A DNA stretch of 64,000 bases, from assembly GCA_964106915.2 (NCBI GenBank), contig OZ066925.1; one strand, 5' to 3'. The position numbers and the translations under genes are program-made. Numbering within the stretch: the stretch's first letter is position 1; each line of letters opens with the position of its first letter. The notes beneath the pieces are model-generated. The model searched no databases. It was not told the origin of the DNA and was given only the letters and a program-made list of their open reading frames with translations. Source of the stretch: Podarcis gaigeae. Its lineage: Eukaryota. Of this stretch, positions 38,140-51,426 are shown piece after piece.

Positions 38140-38965
38140 AGGCGGAGTTTCCCCAACCCCAGGCGATCCCCGAGTGGAATAATGACTCAAGACAATGTGC
38201 TATGCGATTAAAATTGGCCACAACGTTATTAAGTTGGCTCAGGCATTGGGCGTTTATCCTTCCCAGTCCCCAGTCGGGATCTGGGAGACTTCAGGGTTAT
38301 CCAGAATGTGTGGGGATTGGGCTGGCTCTGGAGAATATATGTTGAAGCAGAGAGCCTGCCCCCCCCCCCCCGTTTCACCGCCGTTGGAGGGGAGAGCAAT
38401 GACAACCTCTTGGCGTATGGCCAATGCCTCCCCTCAAGGGCCCTTTAACGGGGAACCCTGGTATCACCGCCACAAGGGGGGGTCACCACTTCAAGCCCCC
38501 CCCCATTTAGGAAGATAGACTAAAGGATTCCGCCCAAGGCCTGAAACCACCAAATTAGTGACGTTTTGCTACAGAAAAGGCAAAACCTTGCAATGGAGGA
38601 AAATTCCTTTCCAGTCCTTCAACAATGACCCTGACGTAGCAGCGTCTGCGTACCTGTGGAGAAGAGGTTAACCTGCAAAAGAGGACTTAACTGAGGGAGG
38701 GGAGGGTGGGGAAAATTCTGGAGCCGACTGCTGCTTCGCAGGTAAGATTCACCTTCTGTTGTGTGGGCAGGACGTTCCCTCCCCTTACCTGGCCAATCCC
38801 CTGGCAATGCCTCCCCAGGCAGGATTGGGTGATTGGCTGAGTTAGGCAGAGGTATCCAGCCTGGAGAGGATGAAGCCAGCCCAAACTACCAGGAGTCGCA
38901 CTGGGATCTGAGGTGCTGCGCATGACCACGCAAAAGGCGCCCCCATTTGATGTGGGGAGCGGTAA
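38140..38965. mobile_element. CpG-rich repeat, possibly a DIRS/Ngaro-type terminal repeat or LTR
   Basis: Sharp GC/CpG rise over AT-rich flanks; no ORF of note; family by resemblance only. Confidence 0.35.
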
Positions 38966-39734
38966 TTATGAACCTGATTTTAGTAAGTCACATTTTGCCA
39001 CCTACATTGCATGCACTTTGTAGAAAATATATTCAGCTGGGCTTCAAATGGGGCTCATGATTTCTTTAAAGGTTTGCTCCTTTGAAACCTTCAACTCACT
39101 CTGCCTCCCTTCTCCGACGGAGGAAATTTCCTTTATGGCTTTAATGGATGTTTACTCTTTCCAGCACAGTTGCAGAGTCAGGGACCCTTTCCAAGGTTAT
39201 ATTGGAGCATTTTTTTGTAGCATTATCTCCCAGCCCTCAGTCAAATGGATGTACTTTGGATTATTATGTCTCGCACACATTTAATAAGGGGAAGTCTGTG
39301 CAATGTGGCAGTTCATTTCAGAGAGCTCAAGATGAACACAGAGGAAAAATGTCCTTGGTTAATCAAAGGCTTGTTTTCTGAACACTCATATATTGATCGA
39401 GAATTACAAGCAGACAGGGGTTTATGAGGAGACTGGGAAGGAATATGATGATATGGACAGATCAACAGCTATGCCCCTCTTAAATAAATCTATTTCAATA
39501 TGTGCTATGCAGAAACTATATGTATGGCAGTAGGATAGAGTGGAGGAAAATGTTATGGCACGTGTTTTCTATCATTCTCATTTTCTTGTTCCCATCCCTA
39601 TTCTTGAAGCAATTTTTATTTGCTTGCAGCTTTCCCCAGCCATTTGGAGAAAGAAAAGTCTGGATACAAAGGAATAACAATGCATACAGTGCTAACTAAC
39701 CATGATGTTTATCTTACAAGGAAAACAGCAACTG

Positions 39735-40430
39735 CAAAGACTCTGGTGGCATCTCAAAGACCAACAAATATACGGCCACATAAGCTTTCCTGGACTACAG
39801 GCCACTTCATCACAGATGCACGGACTGTTATCCTCAGCTGGCAAGGAATATTTGTGTATAGAGGAGAGGAAAACGATGGGAACAGTGGGGTCAAATGGCA
39901 GAAAATAACATTTCCATGGCTCTATGAACTCAAAGGGTGTTGATAGAAAATGCCACTCAAAAGTGGGATCTGAATCACTCAGACTTGGAAAGAAGGAAGA
40001 AAAATACAGCACTGACTGTAAAATGGCTGCCACCTTATGCATTTATGAAGTTTTCGTCTGTTTCTGGCCCAGTTCTTTGAATAACAGGCCAGTTACAGCT
40101 GATCTCTTGAGCACATATATCACATTCTCCATGTACAACTTGAGCTTTGATTCATAAACCTATTAGATCCCAGGCCAGATCTTGATATGATCTGTATTTG
40201 TGTATTTCTGCTGCACAGACTGTCTGAGGTCCCAATAATCACTGCTGTGTCCAAATGCCTCTGTGTATTTCTAATAGGAATTATTGGTAATCATCTTTAA
40301 CTCTGTCCCTCCCATATTCCAGCCATCTTCAACAATTTATTCCTGTTTCCCAGACAGATAGTTCAATACTTCTCACACATAGTGTTCCTACCCAATGTAC
40401 TACTCTCTGCAGTCTGCATCTTTATGTCTC
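39735..40430 (-). mobile_element. Penelope-like element remnant (pseudo-LTR plus decayed GIY-YIG-like sequence)
   Basis: pLTR-like gtggcatctcaaagaccaacaaat...cataagctttcctggactacaggccacttcatcacagatgca; minus-strand ENVIYVLK near 40105-40130 resembles the first GIY-YIG motif. Confidence 0.6.
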
Positions 40431-43400
40431 TGATCTGCAATCTTGGTTGACTTTAAAAGAGTATTAGACAAATTCATGGAGGATAAGACTATCAATGGAT
40501 AAGTAGCCACAATAGCTAAGATGGCTATTGCCCCCATGCCATATGGTCAGAAGTAGTAACGCTTCTGAATGTCAGTTGTTGGAAGCCCTGCTCTTGTGTA
40601 AGGGTCCTGCTTGCCACATGCATCTGGTTGGCAACTGTGATAACATAATCCTGTACTAGGTCTATCATTGATCTGGTCCAGCAAGCTCTTCTTATGATTT
40701 TATCTCCTGACTGGATTCCGTCATTCTCTTCCTTAACTTCTTCTGAATATTTGCTTGGATTCCTAAAGTGCAATCCCATACATGTCTACTCAAAAGCAAT
40801 CACCATCAAATCCAATGGCCCCTGTCCATGGTCCTGAAAGACCTACCACCAACTGCCCTTGTTTACCCAAATTCTAACGCTGATCAAATGTTGTCCTTCC
40901 TGCCTCCCTGCTCCTTCTTACTGGATTTGCATCCTCATGGCTGATCCATGGTTTCTGCTTTACCAGGACAGAACAGATGGAGAATACTTTTTATCTTTAA
41001 ATATATATATTTATATATCTTTATATATCTTTATTCTTTGTAAAGGGAATCTTTGTGGGAGTTAATATTTTATTATCGCTTTGGAGCTGCTCTTTGTATT
41101 TTTGTCTTTTCGTGCTGTGACATTTTATGGTTCAATTTTTTAATTATTTGTCTTCTGCCTTTTTGTTATTTTCATGCTGTGTTTATTTTGCTATCAAATC
41201 AATTAAATATATTTTAAAAAAGAAAAGAAAAGAGGAAAATACCCTGCTATTGCAACCATACCAGCAATCCCATGGAGTATCTGATGTCATGGAAGAAAGC
41301 AGCACAGTGTCACCTGTTTTAATTCCCTTACATAAGCTGAAGCTGATTATATGGTTTAGATGCCCATATTTATTTATGTGTGTGTGTGTGTGTTTTTTAA
41401 AAAAGATGTGTAAGTCGTTCTGAGATCGTATCAGTGGAATGCAAATAAAAATTTAAATAAGTAGAATGTTGTGATGGTGTTCTTGAGCAAAAGGCATCAT
41501 CACCCAATGAATCAAGCTAACCTTGGCTCTGTTAAATTTAAGTCCTCCTTCTGCTATGGATTCAAGGAGAGTCTGTGCACACAACATTGTTTTTGAACTT
41601 CACTTCCTCACCTGTAAGAATGAAAACAGCTGTGAAGACAGTTGAAACAATGAACTATCGCAGCCCATTGTGGGCCTTGGGTAAGCTATGCATCTAAATA
41701 TGTATGCTTTCTGGCGTAGAATGAGTGCAACTGATTAAACAAGAACAAAACACAGTACCCACCGAACATTTCTTACTTATATCCCCCCCCCCACACACAC
41801 ACTGCCAGCTCATTAATAACGTTGCCAGGGTTCTATCACCACTTTCCTATTAGAACAGTAGCAAATGATTCTCTGGAGATCTGAGCCTCTTTAAAGTTGT
41901 GAGGTATTGCTATGATCACCAAGTGGGTACATGATGCATGGCAAAGGCTGAACTTGTATCACAGAGCTTCTGATTCACCGGGATCTTTCAAAATGTTCCC
42001 CACAAGGGGATTGAGAAGAAGTGATGAAAGCTAACATTAGCAAAAAGGAATGTGGTGCCCACTCAAATGGAAAGCCGAAGGGGGCTTTCATTAGGTCTCA
42101 GACGTCGGAAACGAAGGACTTTCTGGAACTTTTGGAATTAAGCAGAGAGCATGCAAGCATGGCTGCCCTCAGTGGTGACGTTGTCAAGACTTGTTCCTAG
42201 CAATTCCTGCTTCATCCCAAACCTCCTCCTCCAGATGTCTCCCAAGCAGGCATAAACTTCAGAGGGGAGGGCCTTTCTCAGCTTTCGGTTCAACTACATG
42301 CAAATCAGATGAACCACACCACCAGCCACATGTCTCTGTTTTGGGGAGGATGGTTGTGTTTTTCCCTGTCTACACCAGAGATGGGACATGTCTGGATGCA
42401 GAAAAGTTCTATGGTTATACTCACATTCCCTGCATCCCCTTGTTCCTCATACCAGTGAATGCTAGAGGTATGCACACAGGGTACTGATACCCCTATTCTT
42501 GTTTTGCTTTTGTATTTCACATTTTATATCCCAGAATTCCATTCATGAGGGAGATTGAGATATTGGACCAAAGAACTTCTTGAGTTCACTGTTTCAGTCT
42601 GAGATGTGCATAACCTTCAGTCAGAAAAGCTTGGGCAAAAATGCATGACTCAGAAATTGTTTGAACCACATACCCCAAATTCCACACTAAATACCCCACA
42701 GAGCACCTTCCACACAATAAATTGCAAAATCATTCTGGCTCTTTCGCCAATCAAAGGCTTTTATTTATTTTATTTTGCAATAAAAGAACAAGCAGTTTGT
42801 TAACTGCAATATTCCGGAATAGCAATGCAATGATAACAATCATGTGGAATCATGCAGAATCTGGAAGGGTTTTCTGTGACACCCCTAGCGGAGGGAAAAT
42901 AAATAAGGAACAACTAGCAAGTCATAAACCTCTTAATGCTTCTCTCAGCTCAACCAAGGAAGTAAATATTTGCCTTATCGCAGATACTTTATAAAGGAAG
43001 ATAATTTAGCTGACGCCAAATTCCCTAGCAGAGGGTACTGCTATGTGTAGAGGCTCTATGCTTAAGGAACATGAAGGGAACACAGGAAATATTTGAAAAG
43101 GGATTATATTTTATCACGAGTCCTGTACTGAAGGTTACTTGAGATGAGCTGCACCACTAAAAAGAAAGACAGAAAAAGAACAGGCTCTCAGTCCTATATC
43201 TTTCATCTTTTCAAAAATAAGCTGCTTTAGCCAAAGTCTGTTCAGTTATGTGCAAGGGGAGCCCTGTTAGCATTGCTACAAACTGAGCTGTGGATATAAG
43301 TAAGAAGAGCTGGCCAGGCTGTCTTAGAAGAAGCATAGGAGCTGTGCTTGGCAAGATGTGAGCTTCCCTTCCCAATGCCCTCCTCTGCAATGCTGTACGT

Positions 43401-43959
43401 GCATGATTAATGGTACAAAGCACAGGGAAAACCCAAGCGCAATAAGAGTTGCCAATGTACTTGGGAAGCTCAGTCAATTATTCTGTAAATAAACTGTAAC
43501 TCACTAAGGCCCCAGATTCTTGGAAGATCTACACCAATGCCAGGGGGAGGGAAAGAATCAGAACCAAAGCCAAGAAAATAATTGCATTCTTTCAGAGGTA
43601 ATTTCTCAATCAACACAAGGTTCCACTTTTGCTTTGTGTTCGGCGGGAATGCATGTGGTGCTCTAAATTGTGAGGAAAAATGCCTCTGTTAAGGAAAGAG
43701 TACGATTCCTGAGCAGTGGAAGGCAGAGCCAGCCCTAATGTTAGGCAAAGGAAGCTGGCTGCTTCAGGCAATGGATACTGGGAAGGGCGGGAGCCACAGG
43801 ATCTTGAAGGGCGGAGCTTTGTTTGCCCAGTGACCTGCCCTGTATAGCTTAAGCTGCCCTGCTGTCCTCAGGGTATAACACAGCAGGTTGTGCCTTACAT
43901 GTCACAATTGTCTTTCTTGACTCTCTTTCACAAAGAGCGGGAAGACCTGCAACACAAGA

Positions 43960-44286
43960 ACGGACTTCATTCTTGCTTGTGGTGGCTCAACAAGTCATTG
44001 TGCAGAATTGGAGAAATCTGGATCATCTTCACCTCTCCATTTGGAGACAGAAGGTATGGCCCATAGCACTGATGGAGAAACTAATTAAGCACGTTGAAGC
44101 ATTAAATGGTGCTCGAGACTCAGATGACTTTATAGAAGCAGGGTATCCATTCATAAACTTTTCTAATGACGACAAAGGTATCTGGCACTCACCAAATACA
44201 CATGTTCACTTGTGGAGTAATGCATTCTGCTGACATTGTTGTCTGCTCCATGATTGGAGTTTCTTTTTCTAATTGTACTTTGGAAG

Positions 44287-44329
<43 letters not shown>
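43960..44329 (+). mobile_element. L1 LINE ORF2 C-terminal fragment followed by (AAT)n
   Basis: LLVVAQQVIVQNWRNLDH...W..KVWPIALMEKL is typical of non-mammalian L1 ORF2 ends. Confidence 0.75.
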
Positions 44330-44330
<1 letters not shown>

Positions 44331-44696
44331 CACCCTTCAACTTTCATACACAGAATGGGAAGGTGGCACCCTCTTGTCCTTTGACTTGGGTAGCAAAATG
44401 TCTTGAGCCAGCCCTGACAGAAGCATGGTTTGCTATTTTTAAGTACTGTAGTAAATGGGTGAAAGCTCCCTAGCTTGGTTTGGAATAGATTCAGTGTTTA
44501 GGAACCTGCTTTATGTGTGTTTCAAAAAAGCTTGTTTGTTTTCCAGCAGTCCTTCCTCTGAAAATTTCACACACTGAAACATTCGACCCTCAACTCAGCA
44601 ATTCTATGACTCTATTCCCTGAAATATTGACAGATGGGGCCCATAGGAATTATGCTTTGGTTTCACTTGCCTTGCGCCCACCATGTCCCTCTAATG

Positions 44697-44832
44697 CAGG
44701 CTTCCTCAACCTCAGCCCTCCAGATGTTTTGAGACTATGGTTCCCATAATCCCTGACCACTGGTCCCGCTAGCTAGGGATCATGGGAGTTGTAGGCCCAA
44801 AACATCTGGAGGGCCAAGGTTGAGGAAGCCTG
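44697..44832. mobile_element. Short palindromic hAT-type MITE
   Basis: caggcttcctcaacct...aggttgaggaagcctg; flanks ctctaatg/atctaatg. Confidence 0.9.
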
Positions 44833-45067
44833 ATCTAATGCATCAAAGTTCATTTTTGTTCTGCAGAACATGATGAGGACATGCTGTAGCTCAGTGACAG
44901 AGTACCTGCTTCACCCATCTCCAAATTGGGCTGGGAGAAACCCCATTCTGAATTCCTGGAGAGCAGCTTCCAGTCAGCATAGACAATATCGAACCAGATG
45001 CATTGATGGTTGGACTCAGTATAAGGTGTCTTCTTATTTTCCCATGATTTCCAGTCCATTTAAAATT

Positions 45068-45502
45068 TGTCGGGGAACTGACATCGGAGCCAGGAGTGGA
45101 GGCAGGGCTCCCAAGCGATGCCGGAGAAGGGCCAAGCAGGGAGAGAGTGAACTCACCGGCTGGGGAAGGAAATCAGCGTAACACCAGGGATAAAGGGGGG
45201 CGGATGGGGGAATCGGAGAGAGGGCTCCAGGACTCTTCGCCGGAGACCAGCAGGGAGAGCACAGGTCCTCCGCTACCCACACCCACCCTGCGCAGAAGAC
45301 TTCCGTGCAGGGAAAGTAGGCGTAGACTTGGCGTCAAAGAACTTCTTTGCTGGAAGAAGTTCAAGAAATGCCCACTGACGGATTCTGCTAGCGACTGAAC
45401 AGCCACGAAGTGAAGGGCTGTCCAGCCAGGAAAGGTTCAACCAGGCTACCTAGCCAGGAGTGGCGGCAACTTATGCACGAGCAACCCCATATAACCATTA
45501 CA
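45068..45502. mobile_element. Young solo LTR
   Basis: TG...CA ends, perfect 5-bp TSD aaatt at 45063-45067 and 45503-45507, CpG retained. Confidence 0.75.
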
Positions 45503-46399
45503 AAATTATAGTTTAAAATAAAATAAATTACACGTTGAATTAAGTGTGTGTGTGTTTGCAATCACATTGCTTATAATTGGCTACTCTTATCATTAAGGCA
45601 AAATAGATTTTCCAGAAAGCAGCACATCCCCCCACTTCCCAACTAGACAACTGGCGTTCCATTCAAAGACATCCTCAGTTCAAACCAGATAAGAAGACTC
45701 TCTGCTGAAGCTCTCCGATAGCAAAATTAGGTCAGTACAGTGTGTTTAAAAGCAGCATGCGATAGAGGTACAGTAAATAGTCTTTCCGCTAAGGGTTAGA
45801 AGCTTCTCCTGCTTCTTAATATCTTTGCATCCTCAAAGGTACCAAACAGTGCAGCTGCCGAGTTCTTCATGAAAAAAAGATCTCCAGCTCCACATCCCAA
45901 GACACAAGTTGGTAAATATTTTAAATGGACTATTATTAGTTTCTTAAATCTTGCCTCCCATGTTCCCCTTCACTAAGGGACCCAAGAATAAATGTCAGGA
46001 ATAATTAACCGGCATTTGGTGCAATTCCCCAAAGAGGAAGCTTGCCGCACTGTAACTCTCCCAGCAGGATTGCTTTGCTTTTTTAAAAAAGAAGCCTTTC
46101 ATTATATTTTCTTTCTTTTTTAATGCCTTGTAACAAAATTCTGACATGAGTCTGCCTGGAGCTTTGTGGTGTTATTGTTCAAGGTAACACCAGCTGTAGA
46201 GATATTTCATTTTGCTTAGTTTCATTTTCAGTTATTTTGCTTTCGCAAGAGGCAAGTCCAGGCCTGAACAATCTGCGATTCCCCTCCTGCAACCATGTAT
46301 TGTAGCCTCTCACAATGCCTGTCAGCCCCTCTCCCTCATTTTTAGCAGTTCAGGAAGCCAGTGTGTTATGTGTATACTTTCCTTGCAGAAGGTCAGTGA

Positions 46400-46636
46400 G
46401 GGCCAGTGTGGCATAGTGGTTAAAGAGTCAGGCTAGGACTGGGGTGACCAGGGTTCAAATCCCCACTCGAGTCATGAAACTCACTGGGTGACCTTGGGCC
46501 AGTCACTGCCTCTCAGCCTAACCTGCCACATGAGGTTGCCATGAGGATAAAATGGGAAGGATGAGAACCATGGATGGCACATTGAGCTCCTTTGGGAAAA
46601 GGTGGCATATAAATGTAAAAATAAGTAAATAAATAA
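46400..46636 (+). mobile_element. MIR/CORE-type SINE
   Basis: ggccagtgtggcatagtggttaaagag A box, gggttcaaatcc B box, CORE gggtgaccttgggccagtcac, taaa tail. Confidence 0.85.
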
Positions 46637-46734
46637 GGCAGACAGTTTGTTAAGCCCCCAGAGCCCAACCATTCTTCACCGGTGAGCTGCATTTGGGTCC
46701 TAAGTAGGGATGTAAGAGGCATTTGTTTCATTTT

Positions 46735-47082
46735 CATTTAATTTATTTAATTTATATACCGCCCTATACCCAGAGGTCTCAGGGCGGTTCACAAAAAAGG
46801 TCACAATATATAAAATAAAAATAAAAACATTAATCCAATAACACCCCCCAAAAAAGCCACATTTAAAAGGGTATAGGATGTTGGTTAGGTCAGCCAAAGG
46901 CCTGATTAAAAAGGTGTATAATGAAGGCGCCAGGCGAACTTCCCTGAGGAGAGCATTCCACAGACAGGGAGCCACTGCAGAGCAGGCTCGTTCTCGTGTT
47001 GCCACCCTCCAGACCTCTCGAGGAGGAGACACACGAAGGAGGGCCCCAGAAGACGATCTCAGGGTCCAGGTAGGTTGATATG
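46735..47082 (-). mobile_element. L2 LINE 3' fragment
   Basis: TRERACSAVAPCLWNALLREVRLAPSL. Confidence 0.85.
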
Positions 47083-47279
47083 GAAAGAAGCATCATCTTC
47101 CATTTTGCCCATGGAACACTCTTTCTACTCGGCTGCAGTTTGTTTGTTTGTTTGTTTGTTTGTTTGTTTGTTGCCAAAACCCACATTAGTCATCTTGCTG
47201 TACCCTGGGGCAAAATTGTATAATACGTGGAGTACATTGTTGTTACATTATTGTCATTGCAATATTGTCACTACATCGA

Positions 47280-47767
47280 TGTCAGAGACTGGCTGGTCAA
47301 AGAGATTGGTGAGAGGAGGTGTCAGAAGCTGAAGCAACAACAGGCTTTAGTGAGCAGGAAGAGCTTATGACAGGGAGCAGTTCAGACTCCGAGGCTGAAG
47401 CAGAGGATGGTGTGTGTGAAGAGACTGCTGAAGAATCCAGGGAGTCTCCTTCTCCTGCTGTGACAAGCTCACTCCCCCCCTTCCCGGTCTCACCACAGAG
47501 TAATGAGAAGGGCACAGAGACCAGAGGTGCGCATATACAGTTTGAGACTGCCTGGGAAATATCCTGGAGCGGAGGGGTCTTAAGGGTGATAGAAGGTGGG
47601 GACCTTCAGTCCTGGCAATTGCTCCATAGGGGCAAGACCTACTAGGAAGGGTTGCTGAGACCACAAGACTGAATTGTATTTCATTTCCTTGAATAAAGAG
47701 TTAACTTCACTGGCATCAGAGATTTTCTTCCTTTCTTGCTGACCTGCATCAGACTCTAGCGCTGACA
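47280..47767 (+). mobile_element. Probable solo LTR
   Basis: tgtcag...ctgaca inverted ends, AATAAA near 47692; TSD not evident. Confidence 0.55.
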
Positions 47768-47983
47768 CATACAACAGGCATCCACTATCTGCAGTTTCCA
47801 GAAGCAACCAAAGACATTTTTGTTCTAACTGACTTTTCTGTCTGGATAAATGGGTCTTTAATTTGAGTGTCCACTTGCTATGATTGTAGTCTTGTTCTAA
47901 ATGTATTTGTTGTGTTTTTGTTTTTAATTATCTTATATGTAAATGGTCCTGAAACAGTGGCTTAGAATTCAATTAATAAATCC

Positions 47984-48024
<41 letters not shown>

Positions 48025-49474
48025 TATTCCACCCCATCCACACAAGCACAATAGAATTTGTGTATGTGTTGAGGGGGACATAATCAATTACATATTGTTT
48101 GATGACTGAGAGCAACCACAACAGTGAATGCTAATCATAATCACGGATCAATTTCCATTCCAGAAATTGGACAAATATGCAGACATTGGGAGTTTCTGTT
48201 CCCATTTCCATTTTCCTCAGAGTTCTCTGATAACTCTCCTCACAAGCTGTGTAGGCTTGAAAGAAAATGCTAAAATTCTCTGAAGCTCAGCAGAAGCTGA
48301 ATTGTGGGCTGTAAGAATATGAATATTTGAATGTGCGACCATGGAGTGTGCATACCATATTCTCATTTCTGCACCATCAGATTAACCATTATACTAAGTC
48401 AGGGATGGAGGAGGATTTTAAGCAGCACACATTTTTTTAAAGTGAACTGACCTGATTTGCAGTCCCTGGGCTTATGCTCAAAATCAGAAGGCAGTTCCCA
48501 ATTGATCTGTGCACATCTCCAAATTTTGTGATGCCGGTTCAGTTTCAAAAATTGTATGGAGGAAATGCATGCAAAATACATAGGTTAATGCATAAAACAC
48601 CAATCACCAAAATCGTCTTCAGAGGGTGGGTGTGTACAAGATGCGTTCAAATTGAGTGCAAATTGTGTATTTCAGAGAGAAGTGCATTCATAAATGCACA
48701 TAATTAAAACATGATTGTGTGTGTGTGCTTGTGTATTTTTTAATTAAAAAGAAAAATCCACAGAAAATGAGATTAAATGGGCCAATGGCTGAACACATGT
48801 GAAGCTAATATAAAATGGAAATGAGCTGATCTGTTCATTCCTTGGCTAATTATGCCATAGACAAGGTCCCTCTGCGGTAGTTCTATTCATGGAGAAAAAT
48901 TAATATTAAATCAAGTAACATCCATCGGATAATCTTAAAAATATTGAAATTATGAAAATGGAATTCTGAATTTTCCCCTATTGGGGGGGGGCTGACAATT
49001 TTCAGAAGATACCCCCCCCAATCCATTTGAGTATGATTATGGATATTTATCTCAGCTAACCATTCCCAAAACTGCTGAGAATACAACATTCATGAAGTTT
49101 CCAATTCATTCACACAAATGGTGACACTCTTCAGAAATGTGCATACATCTATAATGAGCCATGGATTCTTGCTGAAAGAATTTATTGCTGAAAGGATGCT
49201 GGTGACATAATATGGAATGAGACATTAAGAAGCCCCCTCATATTAGCAACTCAGACATACATGATTAGCTCAAAGCAAAACACTGGAAATCTTTGAATGA
49301 AACTCTTGCATGCTCTTGGCTCAGGATGTGATATCAGCAGATTATTCTGCTGGTGAAAATGGTGTTAATTATGAGGAGGGTCCTGCTAAATATCATTCTT
49401 TGGGCTAAGGCTTTTGTGTTTTTGCCACAGGTGGGTTTCCTTTTCACAACTACTTCCAAGTGTTTATAATAGTA

Positions 49475-49817
49475 ATAATAATGATTTTATTATTTGTAGC
49501 CCAGCCACTCTGGGTTGCTTCCAGTACATATAAAAACATAATAAAATGTCAGACATTAAAAACTACCCGATACAGGATTGCCTTCAGATGTCTTCTAAAA
49601 GTTGTGTAGTTCTTTATCTCCTTGACATCTGAAGAGAGGGTGTTCTACAGGGAGGGCGCCACTGCCAAAAAGCCATCTGCCAGGTTCTATGCAGCTTCAC
49701 TTCTCACAGTGAGAGAACCTCCAGAAGGTCCTTGGAGGAGGACCTCAGTGTCTGGGCTGAATGATGGGGGTGGAGACACTCCTTCAGGTATACTGGGCCA
49801 AGGCTGTTTAGGGCTTA
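49475..49817 (-). mobile_element. L2 LINE 3' fragment
   Basis: Colinear with 9128-9500 (gccttcagatgtcttct...ccttcaggtatactgg...tttagggctt). Confidence 0.85.
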
Positions 49818-49911
49818 TGGGGTTATCTAATAGTGACTTTCAAAGAAAAAGCAAAGCATTGGATAGATGTTATTTTGCTGTGGAAAAGAAAGGATACTGC
49901 CCATTCAGATA

Positions 49912-50153
49912 CAGTGGTACCTCAGGTTAAATACACTTCAGGTTACATACGCTTCAGGTTACAGACTCCGCTAATCCAGAAATAGTGCTTCAGGTTAAGA
50001 ACTTTGCTTCAGGATGAGAACAGAAATTGTGCTCCAGCGGTGTGGCGGCAGCAGGAGGCCCCATTAGCTAAAGTGGTGCTTCAGGTTAAGAACAGTTTCA
50101 GGTTAAGTACCGACCTCCGGAACGAATTAAGTACTTAACCTGAGGTACCACTG
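49912..50153. mobile_element. Tigger/pogo-like MITE, same family as 35214
   Basis: TA|cagtggtacctcaggttaa...ttaacctgaggtaccactg|TA. Confidence 0.9.
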
Positions 50154-51181
50154 TATTTATAAAGTAGGAGAGGAATATCTAAGAGAACAATTGGCATGTT
50201 ACAGAAGCTATTTCATACATGCAGATGCAACCCCTTAATCCCATCCATTGATGAATCACAACTCTGCATCAACATCAGGCAATAGGAAAGTTCCATCTGT
50301 AGCAAAAGATGCATCATGGCTCATTTGCACATGCAAGTCATAACGTACATGCTGTCATTAATGAGTGATGGACACGCGTGTGTGAACCAGTCTAAAAGAT
50401 GCATCAAGAAGCTCTGTGCCAAGGGAAGACGAAAGATGACTGCGTAGAACCAAACATTGAAAATGTTATGAAAGGCCTGCAAACATCATCTTGGTAGTCA
50501 AAATAACCCCAGGACTAATTGTTAAGTTACTGCAAGAATGACCTCGCATATGTTTATTCACTTGCTTTGATAAATGCTAATTGGCTTGCTTTGATACCAT
50601 GTTTATCTGTCGGCTTGGGAAGTCATGTGAGGGGAGGCTTCCCACACTGGCTGCCTCTCAACTAGTCCCTTATCTGGGAGATGGATGAGAATTGAGAAGG
50701 GGCTTCCAAGCCAGGGGCGAGTTAATTGGGCTGTTGATGCCAGCTTGCATAGCTTGCTTTTGCATAAGAAATGCCTAAATGCTTTCAAGGGTGCAGAAAA
50801 GTCATGTCGACTGTTTGCTGCTTTGATGTCTGTCCTGAGTCTGTAAAGGAAGCCAGGATTCTGCAGGCTGTGCTCTTAAGTTTGCACCTTGCCTTGATAA
50901 AGCACTAAAACTGGCCATTCTGGTTTTATTGCCACCCTTTTTTAGTATCATTGCACCAAACCACTTGCACAGGTCCTTCTTTGGGCCTGCGAATCAATAA
51001 TTGACTTGCTCAAGGCAAGTGACTGGAAGAGGCCTTGGCTTGGCCACTAGGAGGTTTACCAAGGCTTCCAGTTGCTTTGAAGTCAAAATGTTTTGTCTAT
51101 CACTTTGAAATTTGTTTTAAGGAGCTACCATTGGTCTATGTATACTTGGAAATATATTTTAAGCTTTAATGAGCTACAGTG

Positions 51182-51426
51182 AGGCTCCAATACTTTGGCC
51201 ACCTTATGTGAAGAGAAGACTCCCTGGAAAAGACCCTGGTGTTGGGAAAGATTGAGGGCACAAGGAGAAGGGGACGACAGAGGATGAGATGGTTGGACAG
51301 TGTTCTTGAAGCTACCAGCATGTGTTTGACCAAACTGCAGGAAGCAGTGGAAGACGGGAGTGCCTGGTGTGCTCTGGTCTATGGGGTCATGAAGAGTTGG
51401 ACACAACTAAATGACTAAACAACAAC
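51182..51426 (+). mobile_element. Bov-B LINE 3' fragment
   Basis: Highly similar to ~31590-31835; 14-bp TSD aatgagctacagtg at 51168-51181 and 51427-51440. Confidence 0.95.

Noticed and set aside
47319-47645. Acidic 108-aa ORF
   Set aside because: Lies wholly inside a solo-LTR-like element; similar acidic pseudo-ORFs occur in the elements at 5311 and 6980
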